Assembly: GCA_023334545.1 (NCBI GenBank)
Contig: JAADVB010000058.1
Span: forward strand, 1 to 64,000
DNA length: 64,000 nucleotides
DNA from: Salisapilia sapeloensis CBS 127946
Lineage: Eukaryota; Protista; Oomycota
Direction of reading: 5' to 3'
Each line of letters opens with the position of its first letter. Position 1 is the first letter of the stretch. Below, piece by piece: positions 1 to 10,857 of the stretch. The position numbers were made by a program, and so were the translations under genes. The notes under the pieces are model-generated. The model was not told the DNA's origin, made no database searches, and was given only the letters and a program-made list of their open reading frames with translations.

Positions 1-90
1 GAGGTAGAATCGTGATCTTTTCATGTCCTTGTATGCCGTCTTCATCACTTTCCGATTGACCTCTTCCTAGCCTCTTCCATCAAGAAAAGT

Positions 91-681
91 ATGGATCGCC
101 TCTATGTTTCGCTCCTGTTTTGGCAAATTCTACTTATCGATGTGTATGGTTACTCCATCAGTGGAGAGATGCCTACGCCCGACCCGGCGGAGGATTATAA
201 GATGCTAAACATAAAGCTGTATCGGATGCTGGAAGACCTAAACAAACTACGAGAGGAGGATGGTGAAAAGCCTTTATGCTGGAATCTTGAATTGCAAAAG
301 CTGGCAGACAGCCATGTCAACGACATCGCTGAGAATATCAAGGTCCCGCTTGTCAAAGGATCGGACGGCTCTACACCAAAAGAGCGCCTACGAAAGTCGA
401 ATTTCCATTTGGAGTATTTCAGAGAGTTCGACTTCAGGGTGAGGAACATCGAGTCGGAGCCCACACGCCGAGAAAACAAATTTCGCACCCGCGAGAAAGC
501 ATTTACGCATGCCCAAGAGAGCTACGGCAAAAAATTGCTTACAAGCCGAGTGAAATACATTGGCATGGCTTACGTTGATGGGAAGAATTTTCAATACTGG
601 TCGGTCATCTTTGCGGCAGGCAAAGGGAACGAGTGCAAAGGGGTAAAAAATTTGATCGGTGATTCGTTTTCTGTTGAATAA
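91..681 (+). CDS. Secreted CAP/SCP-domain protein (bacterial YkwD-like CAP type)
   Basis: Hydrophobic N-terminal signal peptide; CAP-like motifs LNKLREEDG..LCWNLELQKLADSH, GSDGSTPKERLRK and YIGMA..YWSVIFA. Confidence 0.75.
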   Translation: MDRLYVSLLFWQILLIDVYGYSISGEMPTPDPAEDYKMLNIKLYRMLEDLNKLREEDGEKPLCWNLELQKLADSHVNDIAENIKVPLVKGSDGSTPKERLRKSNFHLEYFREFDFRVRNIESEPTRRENKFRTREKAFTHAQESYGKKLLTSRVKYIGMAYVDGKNFQYWSVIFAAGKGNECKGVKNLIGDSFSVE

Positions 682-2173
682 GCATGAACATGTCTTTGAC
701 GCATTTTCGTATCGTTAAGATTGCCTCAGCGTTAACGCTGCATGTATAATAGAAAGATCCCAAGTCAGTCTGAGTAGTACACTCTATCCTTGTCAGTGGC
801 CAGAAGAGAACCCAATTAATAAGCATAATTGAATTCCTGTTCCTTAAGTCAATGAATTATTGAATACGGTCTAGCTATAGGTTCAGACCACATTGTCGTA
901 GACTGGATCACTTCTGTTCATTTTCTAATTATGAGCCCCTGCATCTTATATCGACTCTTTGTAAATGTCTAGACTCGTGGTCATCATTCGCAATGTATGG
1001 CTTCTAGACCTATCTATAGCCGACATAATCGTCTGGTATTGTCGCCGGAAACTACACTTTTCATCCGTCAACTTGCACACGCCTATACTCGCAACAAAGC
1101 CTTTCTAGTGTGCTTGGAATATGGCTGCCGCAAATGGTCCGAGAATGTATCGTTCAGGTGAGCTTCTGGATCCACCGGTCGACTACGCATCATCAGCGGC
1201 AACTGACCGATATTTATGACGCAGAGTTCACAGAATACTCTTTCCAATTCCTACCATGCAATAGAGCACGTTATGCCCTCCGTTCATGTCTGCCTACCCC
1301 TCCTTGTCAGTTCTCAGATGACTAGTGGGAACATTACGTTCCCCTTGATGTAGCCATTGAGATAAGCGACCACCACGAAGCGAATAAAAGAACGCTTACA
1401 CACTCCCTTGCTTCCATTAAACATGGTAGAAGACCACATTGAGTACTGCATGAGTCGTTTCAACGCGACAGTTGTCGACAAGCGAGTTGATTTGAGCGTC
1501 GAAAAGTATTTGCTTGATGGTGGTGAATAGAAGGAATCGGTAACTAAGAATCCATCACAAACTTGAATGCAAGGATCAAGGAGGTAACATGTGATCAGCG
1601 ATCTGGGCAAGTATGATGGAGGGAGTAACAAACGATGAAGGAAAGCTATGTGAATCGAAGCAATGGAAAGCTGCATGAGGAGATAGCAATGACTATTTGT
1701 TGTGTACAAGTAAACTTCTACGATCTTGGAGGTCCGTCGCAGGGGCACAGCCACCGCAGGACGTCGGCTTTAATGTGAAGGAAGTAAAAGGCAAAAGCGT
1801 GAACGTATTTAAACCTGATGAAGACGAGGGCTTCGAAGCATAACGCGGATTTCCCTCCACTTGCTAAAACAGATGACGCAAGATTTCTACGTTCCATGCA
1901 CAAAGTGGGTATATTCACGTTTCGTATCCCTATGCTGCATCGAACAAGGCTCTTTCTCGCCATCGGGTGCCCGCTGCTTGCTTGCTCGAGACCATCCAAG
2001 GTAAAAGCACAAAGATGCGATCAAGCAGGTCAGTTGTCCATTCGTGCACCATACTACCAAGAATAACTCATGCCTGCAACTATCTTCGGTCTATCCGCTA
2101 ACCGATTTCAAGAGGCACACTTATCAGTAAGTAGGGATGAACATGTTCTCATTTCTAAACGTGCACCAGCCTG

Positions 2174-2739
2174 ATGAAGTTGACCCTGCTATACATCATA
2201 CTACATGCTTTATTCGTGTTCTCGACCCTGGGAAGACGACGTTGGGTAGAGCCACTTGTTTATAAGATGATCGTCAGTTTAAGCGACATTCGTTAAGAAA
2301 ATGGTAAAAAACGTCTAACTACATGCGCTCCACTGAAGCTATTGCGAAAAGGCATTTGGATTACTGCGTGAGGCACAGAAAGTCAATCCATATTTAAAAA
2401 TTAAGGAAGCCAAGTCTTTATGGCTATTTGTCTGATACTCTGGATGTAGACCAGGAAGGGTCTTGGTCAGTGTCATTAAGAATGAAACTCGATTATGCTA
2501 AGCATGGGAATAATGCACGAGAGAAGACGAGACTGCGTATTGTCGAGAAATTTAAACATGATGTGAAGTTGCTGCGAGACTATGATAAGGCTGGAGTTGC
2601 GTTCGCAGAGGCTGATGGCTGGTTGTATTTTACCTATCTGCTCGTGCGTGGGTCTGGTATCGACTGTGACGATATAACGTCGGATCCGGACGGGCTACTT
2701 TGGCACCTGAACGCATACGAAAATCACGGGGCTGGATAG
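2174..2739 (+). pseudogene. CAP/SCP-like pseudogene
   Basis: Manual translation from ATG 2174 gives signal peptide MKLTLLYIILHALFVFSTLG, then YKMIVSLSDIR*ENGKKRL (cf. YRMLEDLNKLREEDGEKPL of 91..681). A frameshift follows, then AIAKRHLDYC..*, continuing into ORF 2428..2739 (KAGVAFAEADGWLYFTYLLVRGSGIDC). Confidence 0.6.
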
Positions 2740-3567
2740 TCATGCCAGGGAGGAAATAAACAAGTAGTGATAATCCTTGCTTGTCGGTAGTTAAGGCTGT
2801 TTAAAGAACGAAGACGCTTGTTGTCTTCAATGCCGAGACTAAAAGTAAGCACGTCGATGTTTAGTTGCCTTAGGATGATCCAGGTTACCGTTCTTCTCTT
2901 TTCACACTTTTTATAATATTGCTTTATACTTTTAATTTGTCGAGCGAATGTATACGAGAAGTGATTGAGGCAGCAAGAATGTACGCAGGGTATAGCTACA
3001 GCGCTTGATTGCAACACCCTGGTCATTCTTTGATCTGACAGTCGTGTATGGATGACGCTATATCTCTACCACATCTTCATACGCTGCCAATTAACACTGG
3101 TTAGTGCTGCCGTCGAATTTATCTAAGCAAAACGACCAGAAGATAGGTAAGGCATGTCATCACTGACTGCCTTCGACTTGAACTGGATAATCTTACTCCC
3201 TACGATGCACATTTAACATAAGAGTATGGTTTGAGGGTTCGACATTTGATGAACTTCGAGACTGCCATTTGGAAAGTATTCAAGACAGTGGTCTGATCGT
3301 TTGTGCTAGCGATCCGTTTTCAATTGATATGCCATTCTACTTGGACGAATCTCTTTAGAAGTCAAAATACCACTCGTTTAATTTTACTCACAGTTTACTA
3401 TATATGTAACTTGCAATTGCCCATCAACTCTAGCTCTACTCACTGATATTTATTTATTAAATGAATAATGTTTAGTGAAACAGGCCAATGTGGTAGCCTA
3501 AGGTGGATATTTATCGTGTGTCTTTACTAGTATTAATCTAAGCTATGTAGTCGATCTCCAGAGTACT

Positions 3568-4449
3568 CTACGCTTCATCCTGAAAAATGGGAACACATAG
3601 TCCAATGTACGGGCAAGGTGGTACAAAGCAAGCGAGCGGTTTCGGCTCGCAACGCTCACTAGGAGAGCAACTGCCGCCACATAAATCTCCACCATTGCAC
3701 GTCACAACCCACCCTTTGCCATCTTGAGCCTGAAGCATGCAATCCTCTTGCACATTGCAATGTTCTTCCCAATGCCTTCCACACGAGCAACTCTCTTCGT
3801 ATAACACCTCTAGACTCCCCTTTGCCAAACAATTTGCCACGTCGAACTTGCATTTATTGGAAAATGTCTGGCCGTTCGAAGCACATACAGGATTATGTAG
3901 AGTAATACACACTTGATCGCAGTCTGGCGCTTGTTCATGACTGCTATCATTTATCATAGTTGGTTTCTTACAGACCTCATCACTTTCAGCAAGACGAATA
4001 GACCCTTCTGTGCGGCAGTTTTCTCGCGCTAGTTCACAGTGAGAAGTATACTCCACACCGTTGGACCCGCAAACCAACTCAGTATGCTCATTTGTCTTCA
4101 AGTTAGATTTAGCCGGATGAGTGCATTTCCAATCACACTTTGTAGATAAAGAACTATCCGTTGTTTCATTTTGCGTAGTGTTTCCGACCATCCAACTGAT
4201 AGCTGCAAGCCCAGAGTCTTCACTTGAATTAGAGGATGCTACACAATGACCTTGGTGTTTAATCATGAGTCCGACATCTCTTTGACCTGCCTTGTTGAAG
4301 GTACAGAAGTTTGTAAACGTGACGTTGTTGGACGCACAAATTGGCATGAATAAAGCATCGTTGCACGATACTTCTGCATTGATGCCTTCTGCATGGAAAG
4401 CTACGAGTAGTAGCCAAACAAAAGCAAAAAGATCAAGTCTCACTTTCAT
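3568..4449 (-). CDS. Secreted multi-Kazal serine protease inhibitor with Cys-rich C-terminus
   Basis: Signal peptide from ATG 4449 (MKVRLDLFAFVWLLLVAFHAEG); three Kazal-type units (PICASNNVTFTNFC, LVCGSNGVEYTSHC, PVCASNGQTFSNKC). Confidence 0.85.
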   Translation of the reverse strand: MKVRLDLFAFVWLLLVAFHAEGINAEVSCNDALFMPICASNNVTFTNFCTFNKAGQRDVGLMIKHQGHCVASSNSSEDSGLAAISWMVGNTTQNETTDSSLSTKCDWKCTHPAKSNLKTNEHTELVCGSNGVEYTSHCELARENCRTEGSIRLAESDEVCKKPTMINDSSHEQAPDCDQVCITLHNPVCASNGQTFSNKCKFDVANCLAKGSLEVLYEESCSCGRHWEEHCNVQEDCMLQAQDGKGWVVTCNGGDLCGGSCSPSERCEPKPLACFVPPCPYIGLCVPIFQDEA

Positions 4450-5418
4450 TGCCTTGATGTGCTTCCCCCACGACTTGCGTTGCGCCATGAGAGAGTAAAA
4501 GCGAATATATTTGTGTTGTTTGAGCTGTCTATGCGATCCTGCAGGTCCGTTGGGACCTTTGTGCTGCTTCAAGCGATCCTAACGGCTCTTATGAGATGTG
4601 CTAGGCTTGGGTCCTAATTGAAGCATGCTCAGCTAAATTTGGAGTCTAATGTGCGGCTTGAGTTACTACGCAAAGTTTAAATGAAAAAGATTTTGTTCTG
4701 ACTAGGGGACCATTGAACTTGGTGGCCGATAAAAAGGAGTTTTAAAACCGATAGCTTGAAAGTCGTCCATAAGGTTTATGCATGCTGTTGATTATTAGAA
4801 AGAAGCCTTAATGACACCGTCATACGATCTCTGCGTTGGATACACTCATCTGGTGTAAATGGATCCGTGGGTCCCTTTGGTCTAGAAAATATGCTCTGTG
4901 CCATGTCAAATGCGTGGTTCGTTACCATTGTCTGCACTATATCATTGAGGCATAATTTTTAGCGTATATGCCCATATTTTCCATTTATTAGTCCGCCTAA
5001 TTTGGTCATGAACCTCAGCTTGGTCCTCGGTAGTCCGAATCTCTTAAATTTTGCAAGATTTATATTGAAGCAAACATAAAAGAGTAGAATAGTCATGCCG
5101 AAGAAGTTTTGGACTCACGTATTGATCGATACTTACCAACGTTTTCATTTGATGTGGGTTCACTTCCTCCTAGCATTGGATATTAGAGTTCGCTCCCCAG
5201 CTAAGAGTAAATGTAACACAATATGTCATAAACTAATTATAATGATAATAATAATATATGTCAACTTCAAACATCATTTTAAATACTTATCAGTTCATAC
5301 AGTTATAATCTAGCAACAAAAAAGGTTTATCTTCTGCTACGACCTCTTTTTTATTTTTAAACGTGCAATGCAGGACAGTAAACTCTGTTATGGACTCTCG
5401 CTTCAGCACTTGTTACCT

Positions 5419-6069
5419 CTAGTCGTATTTATCAGTGTCAACCATCTCGCCGTCACAATGGTTGTCTCTCCCGCCGACTAAGACAATAGAGTAGAATTCA
5501 CCCGAGTGTTCATGACCATTTAGCCTTTCATCGCCTTGTGACATACCCCGATACGTCGCCATCCCAATCCCGACATATCCAAAATTCTTTAGTAGATCTT
5601 CGTAGAAGTTGTGATTGTTGGTCAAAGTTGTGCAAGCATCATCGATACTTCCGGCGCGGAGATTGATTTCTTTTTGGCGGGTAAATCTTACACCACGTTT
5701 TCTTATGCGGTCTTCGGTTGTGGAACCGTCGGCTCCCACATGTCGTAGAAAGGTCATTGTGGTAAGATCTGGTGCGTGCTCCTGCGCAGCTGCCATAAGA
5801 TAGCTGTTCCAGCACAATAGATTTATCTGATGCTCTTGTCTAAAGACGTTTATGCAGTCAAAAATACTGCCTACGTGAAGAGGCAAATTATCCACGCTGT
5901 CCGAGTTGGGGTCGGGGAGATCATCGTCGCTGTCTTTATTCGAAAAATAGTTAATTGTTCGCATAATTGTAAGTCCGCCCATTACTATGGGTACTGGATT
6001 AAGAGGCCATGCGGGAGCAGGGATAAGAAGAGCAATAACCAGAAGAATGGTCTTGTATGAAGCGAACAT
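5419..6069 (-). CDS. Secreted CAP/SCP-domain protein
   Basis: Signal peptide; INVFRQEH..LCWNSYLMAAAQEHA, HVGADGSTTEDRIRKRG, YVGIG. Confidence 0.8.
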   Translation of the reverse strand: MFASYKTILLVIALLIPAPAWPLNPVPIVMGGLTIMRTINYFSNKDSDDDLPDPNSDSVDNLPLHVGSIFDCINVFRQEHQINLLCWNSYLMAAAQEHAPDLTTMTFLRHVGADGSTTEDRIRKRGVRFTRQKEINLRAGSIDDACTTLTNNHNFYEDLLKNFGYVGIGMATYRGMSQGDERLNGHEHSGEFYSIVLVGGRDNHCDGEMVDTDKYD

Positions 6070-6694
6070 GAAGAAACGAGGTGAAGCGTTGATCTGGTTG
6101 CGCAGTCAAAAATTGAGAATGAAAATGGTCGAAGAATTAACATGAATTTGAAGGTAGACAGATAAATCAATTACACCCTAGGATACTTCATATGAGGTAA
6201 GGTCCACCGATTGTGGTCTACATATTGTCTTTTAAACGGCATCATGCCTCCGTAGCTAAATTGTTCTTGTTGATTCGTTAGACAACCGCTTTCTCAACTT
6301 ACTGAATTGCAGTCCCATCCAAGTTTATCACTCGATTTTTCGTAAGGCACAACAAAATGTGTGTATATACAGCGTATCGACCACGTAATCATACAAAAAT
6401 ACACTACTTTGCATGAAATCGCTACCTATCACCATTTTTTATAATTAGTTACCAAGTAGCAATACAAGTAAGAAGAATTTGTACTTTATAGATTTGCTCT
6501 GTTCATTGATTGCCACGCGATCGCTTTGTCCTTAAGCATAGTATCCATTATAGTGCTTAGATTCTCGCGAAACCGGCATCCAATATGATACCGTCAAAAA
6601 CATTATAAAACGGCTAAGGAGTGCGTTTCAAAACTCATTCAATATGTCACTTTTTATCTATCTTCGATAGAGCAAAGTTGAAACGTCTCGCATA

Positions 6695-7375
6695 ATGAAG
6701 TCGTGCTTGTTATTCAATTCGTGGGTCTTCTGCGCCTTTGCAATTTATGGTGCAGTTGATGCAATGGAGCCACAACGTCGACTTGCACGACCACAGAATA
6801 CAGGAAATACAAAGAAACCCGGTACTTCTCGATGTCCTAAAGATTGTGGTAAAGTAGCAGAATTCAAGTTATGCGGGAGCGATGATGTGACCTACGATAA
6901 TGGTTGCGAACTGGCCAAGGCGAAATGTTCAGATGAGGAGAAAGAAGATTTGCTTTTAAAGTACCCCGGCAAATGCATTCCATCTACATTGGGTCCGCAG
7001 GAATTCAACCAAACCGATGATGTCGACGTTGGAGATGTTAGTGCAAGTGACGAGATCTATGACGTCGATGTTGACTGCTTTAACGAATATCTGATATCTT
7101 TGGAGAAGCCGTTCATGACCCATAGCGTAATCTGCAATATGGAAGCTTCGTGGATAGACAATGACGACGTGTATGAGGATCGCGAGATATCTGCCGACAG
7201 TCGATCTTCATCTCGCAATGGCTCAAGCATTGATTCCGACAAGGGAAGTACTGCGGATGTAGAGGTAGGAGATATCGACGAAGAGAGCAACAACTCGATT
7301 ACTATACCAAAGAACGACTCGTGCATGGAAAGTCATTCTGAAATGAGCTCAGACACTGTCGGATGTCACGATTGA
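6695..7375 (+). CDS. Secreted single-Kazal protein with acidic/Ser-rich tail
   Basis: Signal peptide; CPKDCGKVAEFKLCGSDDVTYDNGCELAKAKC..YPGKC. Confidence 0.85.
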   Translation: MKSCLLFNSWVFCAFAIYGAVDAMEPQRRLARPQNTGNTKKPGTSRCPKDCGKVAEFKLCGSDDVTYDNGCELAKAKCSDEEKEDLLLKYPGKCIPSTLGPQEFNQTDDVDVGDVSASDEIYDVDVDCFNEYLISLEKPFMTHSVICNMEASWIDNDDVYEDREISADSRSSSRNGSSIDSDKGSTADVEVGDIDEESNNSITIPKNDSCMESHSEMSSDTVGCHD

Positions 7376-7716
7376 GTGAACAAAGTAGCATTATATTTGC
7401 AGAGAATGTAGCAGCAGCATACAGGTCGGATCATTTAAGTTGAGCACGAAAATATGATTTCAACTTTGACTGTCATTGCTTTCTATAGCTATGTTTGGCA
7501 TATTTTTGACAAAGAGCGAACTATTTTATGTTTACTCATGTGTCTGACATACACTTTGCACATTCACTATAATGATTACGTCATAATATTATTGAAGTTG
7601 GTTTGAAGCTGTATATGGAAGAAATCTTTTCATACAGAGCTCTTCCATTTCACAAACGTATCTTTCTACAACACCAGTCGATACCGCTGTAGTTTATTAC
7701 ATACCAAGTCTCCATA

Positions 7717-10700
7717 ATGGTGCAGAGACGAAGTTTGACTCTCCTCACCATATATCTTGTTGGCCATGGCATAATTACGTATACAAAAGCGATGCTGCAA
7801 TGTCCTGGCAAAGATAGGGAATGCTCTGATCATGGGAGCTGTGTAACCAGCGAGCATGATGGACATGTATGCAACTGTGAATGGGGATACACTGGGAACG
7901 ACTGCGCAACACGTAATGATCTCCAATATCTTATTTTGACATGATGTCGTATTGACTACTCTCGTAGGCATGTGCCCCCATGGATATGATCCCGACTCGC
8001 CCAAAACGGAATCACCCAGACTTTTGTGGAAGATAAAGGCTGGTGATCGAGCAGCGACGGATATGTTTGGCACTTTGCAACTTTCATTTTATGGGCACAC
8101 GATTGCAGCACCGAATAATGTCATACAAATGAATGATATGGAGTGTACCAATCTTTTTCAGGAGCTGAACGCCCTCGATCGTGCGGTAAATGCAGTTTCA
8201 TTCTTTGAATTCTATCCTCAATATTGATACAAAAGTCTTCTTGTATTAGGAATGTGTCCGACGAACGAAAACATCCGATTCGTTGGCCGAGTTCGAGATC
8301 ACTCTCCAGTCTTTTCCCACAGATCCTGTCATGAACAACATCTACGCCCATGAAGGCAATCCGGCTGCATCTGACTTTAGCTGTGGTACCAGTCAGGCTG
8401 TAGCAAACTCTGAGTCTATCAATCTTCTCGATACATCCATTTATTGCACTTTTGAGACCGTATCAGATGATGATGCTGTCCGTCCGTTTACACCTTGCAG
8501 TAGTCATGGCCATTGTGACGGAAACACAGGGTATTGCATGTGTATGGATGAATACGATGGGAATAACTGTGAGAAGCTACCTAATAAGGAAAACGTTCAG
8601 CTCATATCGAGTAGAGATGTAAACTTTCACGGCAGCTTACTACAATTTGATGCTGTACAATCACCGTCAGACGAGTTCAAAATTATCAACGCTGACGCTG
8701 GTTACTCTGACGTCTTCACAATGTACGGTGACGGTCGGACGATCCTTCATTGCGGTAGCTTCACGGTCGAAGATGGAGGGTTTATTGTTGACCATAAAGG
8801 TGTAAAAGTATCTCCGGACAGACAACTCTTGATCGATCGATCTAACTTGGTCATCCAAGACGGCGCTATACTTTTAAAAGATGAAAGAAAAGGTCTTGAT
8901 GCTTTCATCCAAGCCGAAAGCAATGGTCGTGGGTTTTTGGAATTTACACAAACGTCTCGACTGGATGATGATCCAGTGCCGATCATGGATGTCGACTCAG
9001 CAGGACGGTTACACATTCATCAGGGAGGTCTCCAAGTAGCGAATGGCGGATTGGATCTCCAAAATGGCAATTTGTCAATCGGTATGGATGGAATGGAAAT
9101 GAATGGAGGTCATCTGAGCATCCTGAACGGAGGTATCCACCTTCGGTCTAGCATGCACGGTGAGGAACGATGGGCATGGTCGAAAGATGATCCTGTGTCG
9201 GCGTTACTCCACGTAATGACAGACCGTGAAGAAAAGAGTGTTTTACACTTTACGTCTCTTGGTCCAGAAGGAGAAGAGTTTCCTACTTTTAACATCAAGG
9301 GAACCGGTGAAACGACGATACACCGAGGTGGTCTAACGATACATTCGGGTGGACTAGAGATTGGCGCCGGTGGACAAAGGATACTGTCGGGCGGACTTTG
9401 GATAGAAGCAGGTGGACTGCATGTAGAAAATGGTAAATTCACGGTTGAAGACGGATTCGAGATCACGGATGGAGGTTTCCAAGTTCAGACACATAATATC
9501 AATGGTCCAGTACTCCAAGTAAAAGCAAACAATCATCAGTTTGCAGGAGCTTTAATTGAGTTGAGTACGAATATTCAATGGTCCAACGACGGTGACCAGT
9601 TCCATCGTTTGATAGAAGTGAAAGACTCGGAAGGGCTGTCCATCTTTACGATCGACGCACAAGGCTCGCTAAGTACTCGTGGTAATATTAAGACAGAAGG
9701 AAGAGCTGGTATCGACAGTGCTGGTCCTATGCACATCGGCTCTTCCTTCGCTTTACATATTAAACGTATCAAGGCTGATTCCCAAATCGTTCTTCCTCCT
9801 GACGCAACGTATGTCCAGGTCGTGAGTGACGGCGTCAAGCGTACGAACATCCTATCATTTGAAAAGAAATTCGCAGTCGGTCAACTGCTTATTATTCAGA
9901 ATCTGGACGATGATCTTCTGCAAGGGGATGATTTCCAGATACCAAGCGGAGCTACATCTCTCTTCCTCTTCGACGGAACTTCATGGCAAGCTCTAACAAC
10001 TTCATCTCGATCAACACCAGCATCAATACCAACGCAAGAGACCGAACAACCGTCTGAAAACGTCAATTTTGGTGATGTCAAAGTGAAAGCTACTTCCTTG
10101 CAAGCTGGCAGTCAACCGAAAGGCAAGGTAGCAATCTATGGTCGTGGAGGCGAGCTATCCCATCATAGCTCTGTCTCGTTCGACGACACAACCGAATTGC
10201 TATCCGTCGAAAACTTCCAAACGAAACAAATCATTGGTGTTATTGATGCTTCTCAAAGTGAATGGCGTGGACTAGACGTTGTTGGTGGTCATTTTCGAGC
10301 AGTGAACTTGACAGACGTGACAAATGTTCAAATCGAAGGCGAACTCATAGTCACGTCGGTCATTCCATCTTACTTTGGCGGAGACGTTCATGTCGATGGA
10401 CAAGTCATGGGGTCCGGAGCCTATGTCGACGCTTCCGATGCAAGACTGAAGAAAGACATCACACCCATTCTGGATGCAGCGACATTAGTAGAACAAATGC
10501 AAGGTGTCGAGTACTCCTTCATAGACTCCCGGAAGAACCAGGAACGAGAGATTGGTTTCCTTGCACAAGACATGGAGAGTGTATTGCCGCAAGTCGTAGC
10601 CACCGATGGCCAAGGGTACAAGTACATTGCCTACGCTCATATCGTACCAGTCCTTGTGGAAGCTTTTAAAGAGCACACTACCAAGGAACAAGAGCTACGG

Positions 10701-10808
10701 ACACAAGTGGATGTACTAAAGACGGAAGTGATGCACCTACGACAGGAGTTTGCTGCACTCCAGCACAAACTAGGTCGCATTCTACACTTTTCCACGACGA
10801 AAGAGTAA
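7717..10808 (+). CDS. Secreted EGF-like / Gly-rich beta-repeat protein with C-terminal peptidase S74 intramolecular chaperone and coiled coil (3 exons: 7717-7912, 7968-8185, 8250-10808; 990 aa)
   Basis: GT-AG introns 7913-7967 and 8186-8249 join three ORFs in frame; EGF-like CSDHGSC..CNCEWGYTGNDC and CSSHGHCDGNTGYCMCMDEYDGNNC; S74 motif ASDARLKKDI...EIGFLAQDMESVLPQVV...YAHIVPVLVEAFKE. Confidence 0.85.
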
Positions 10809-10857
10809 CCATCTTTTGGATTTAATTAAAAAAGCTAAAAGAACCATCTTCATCATC

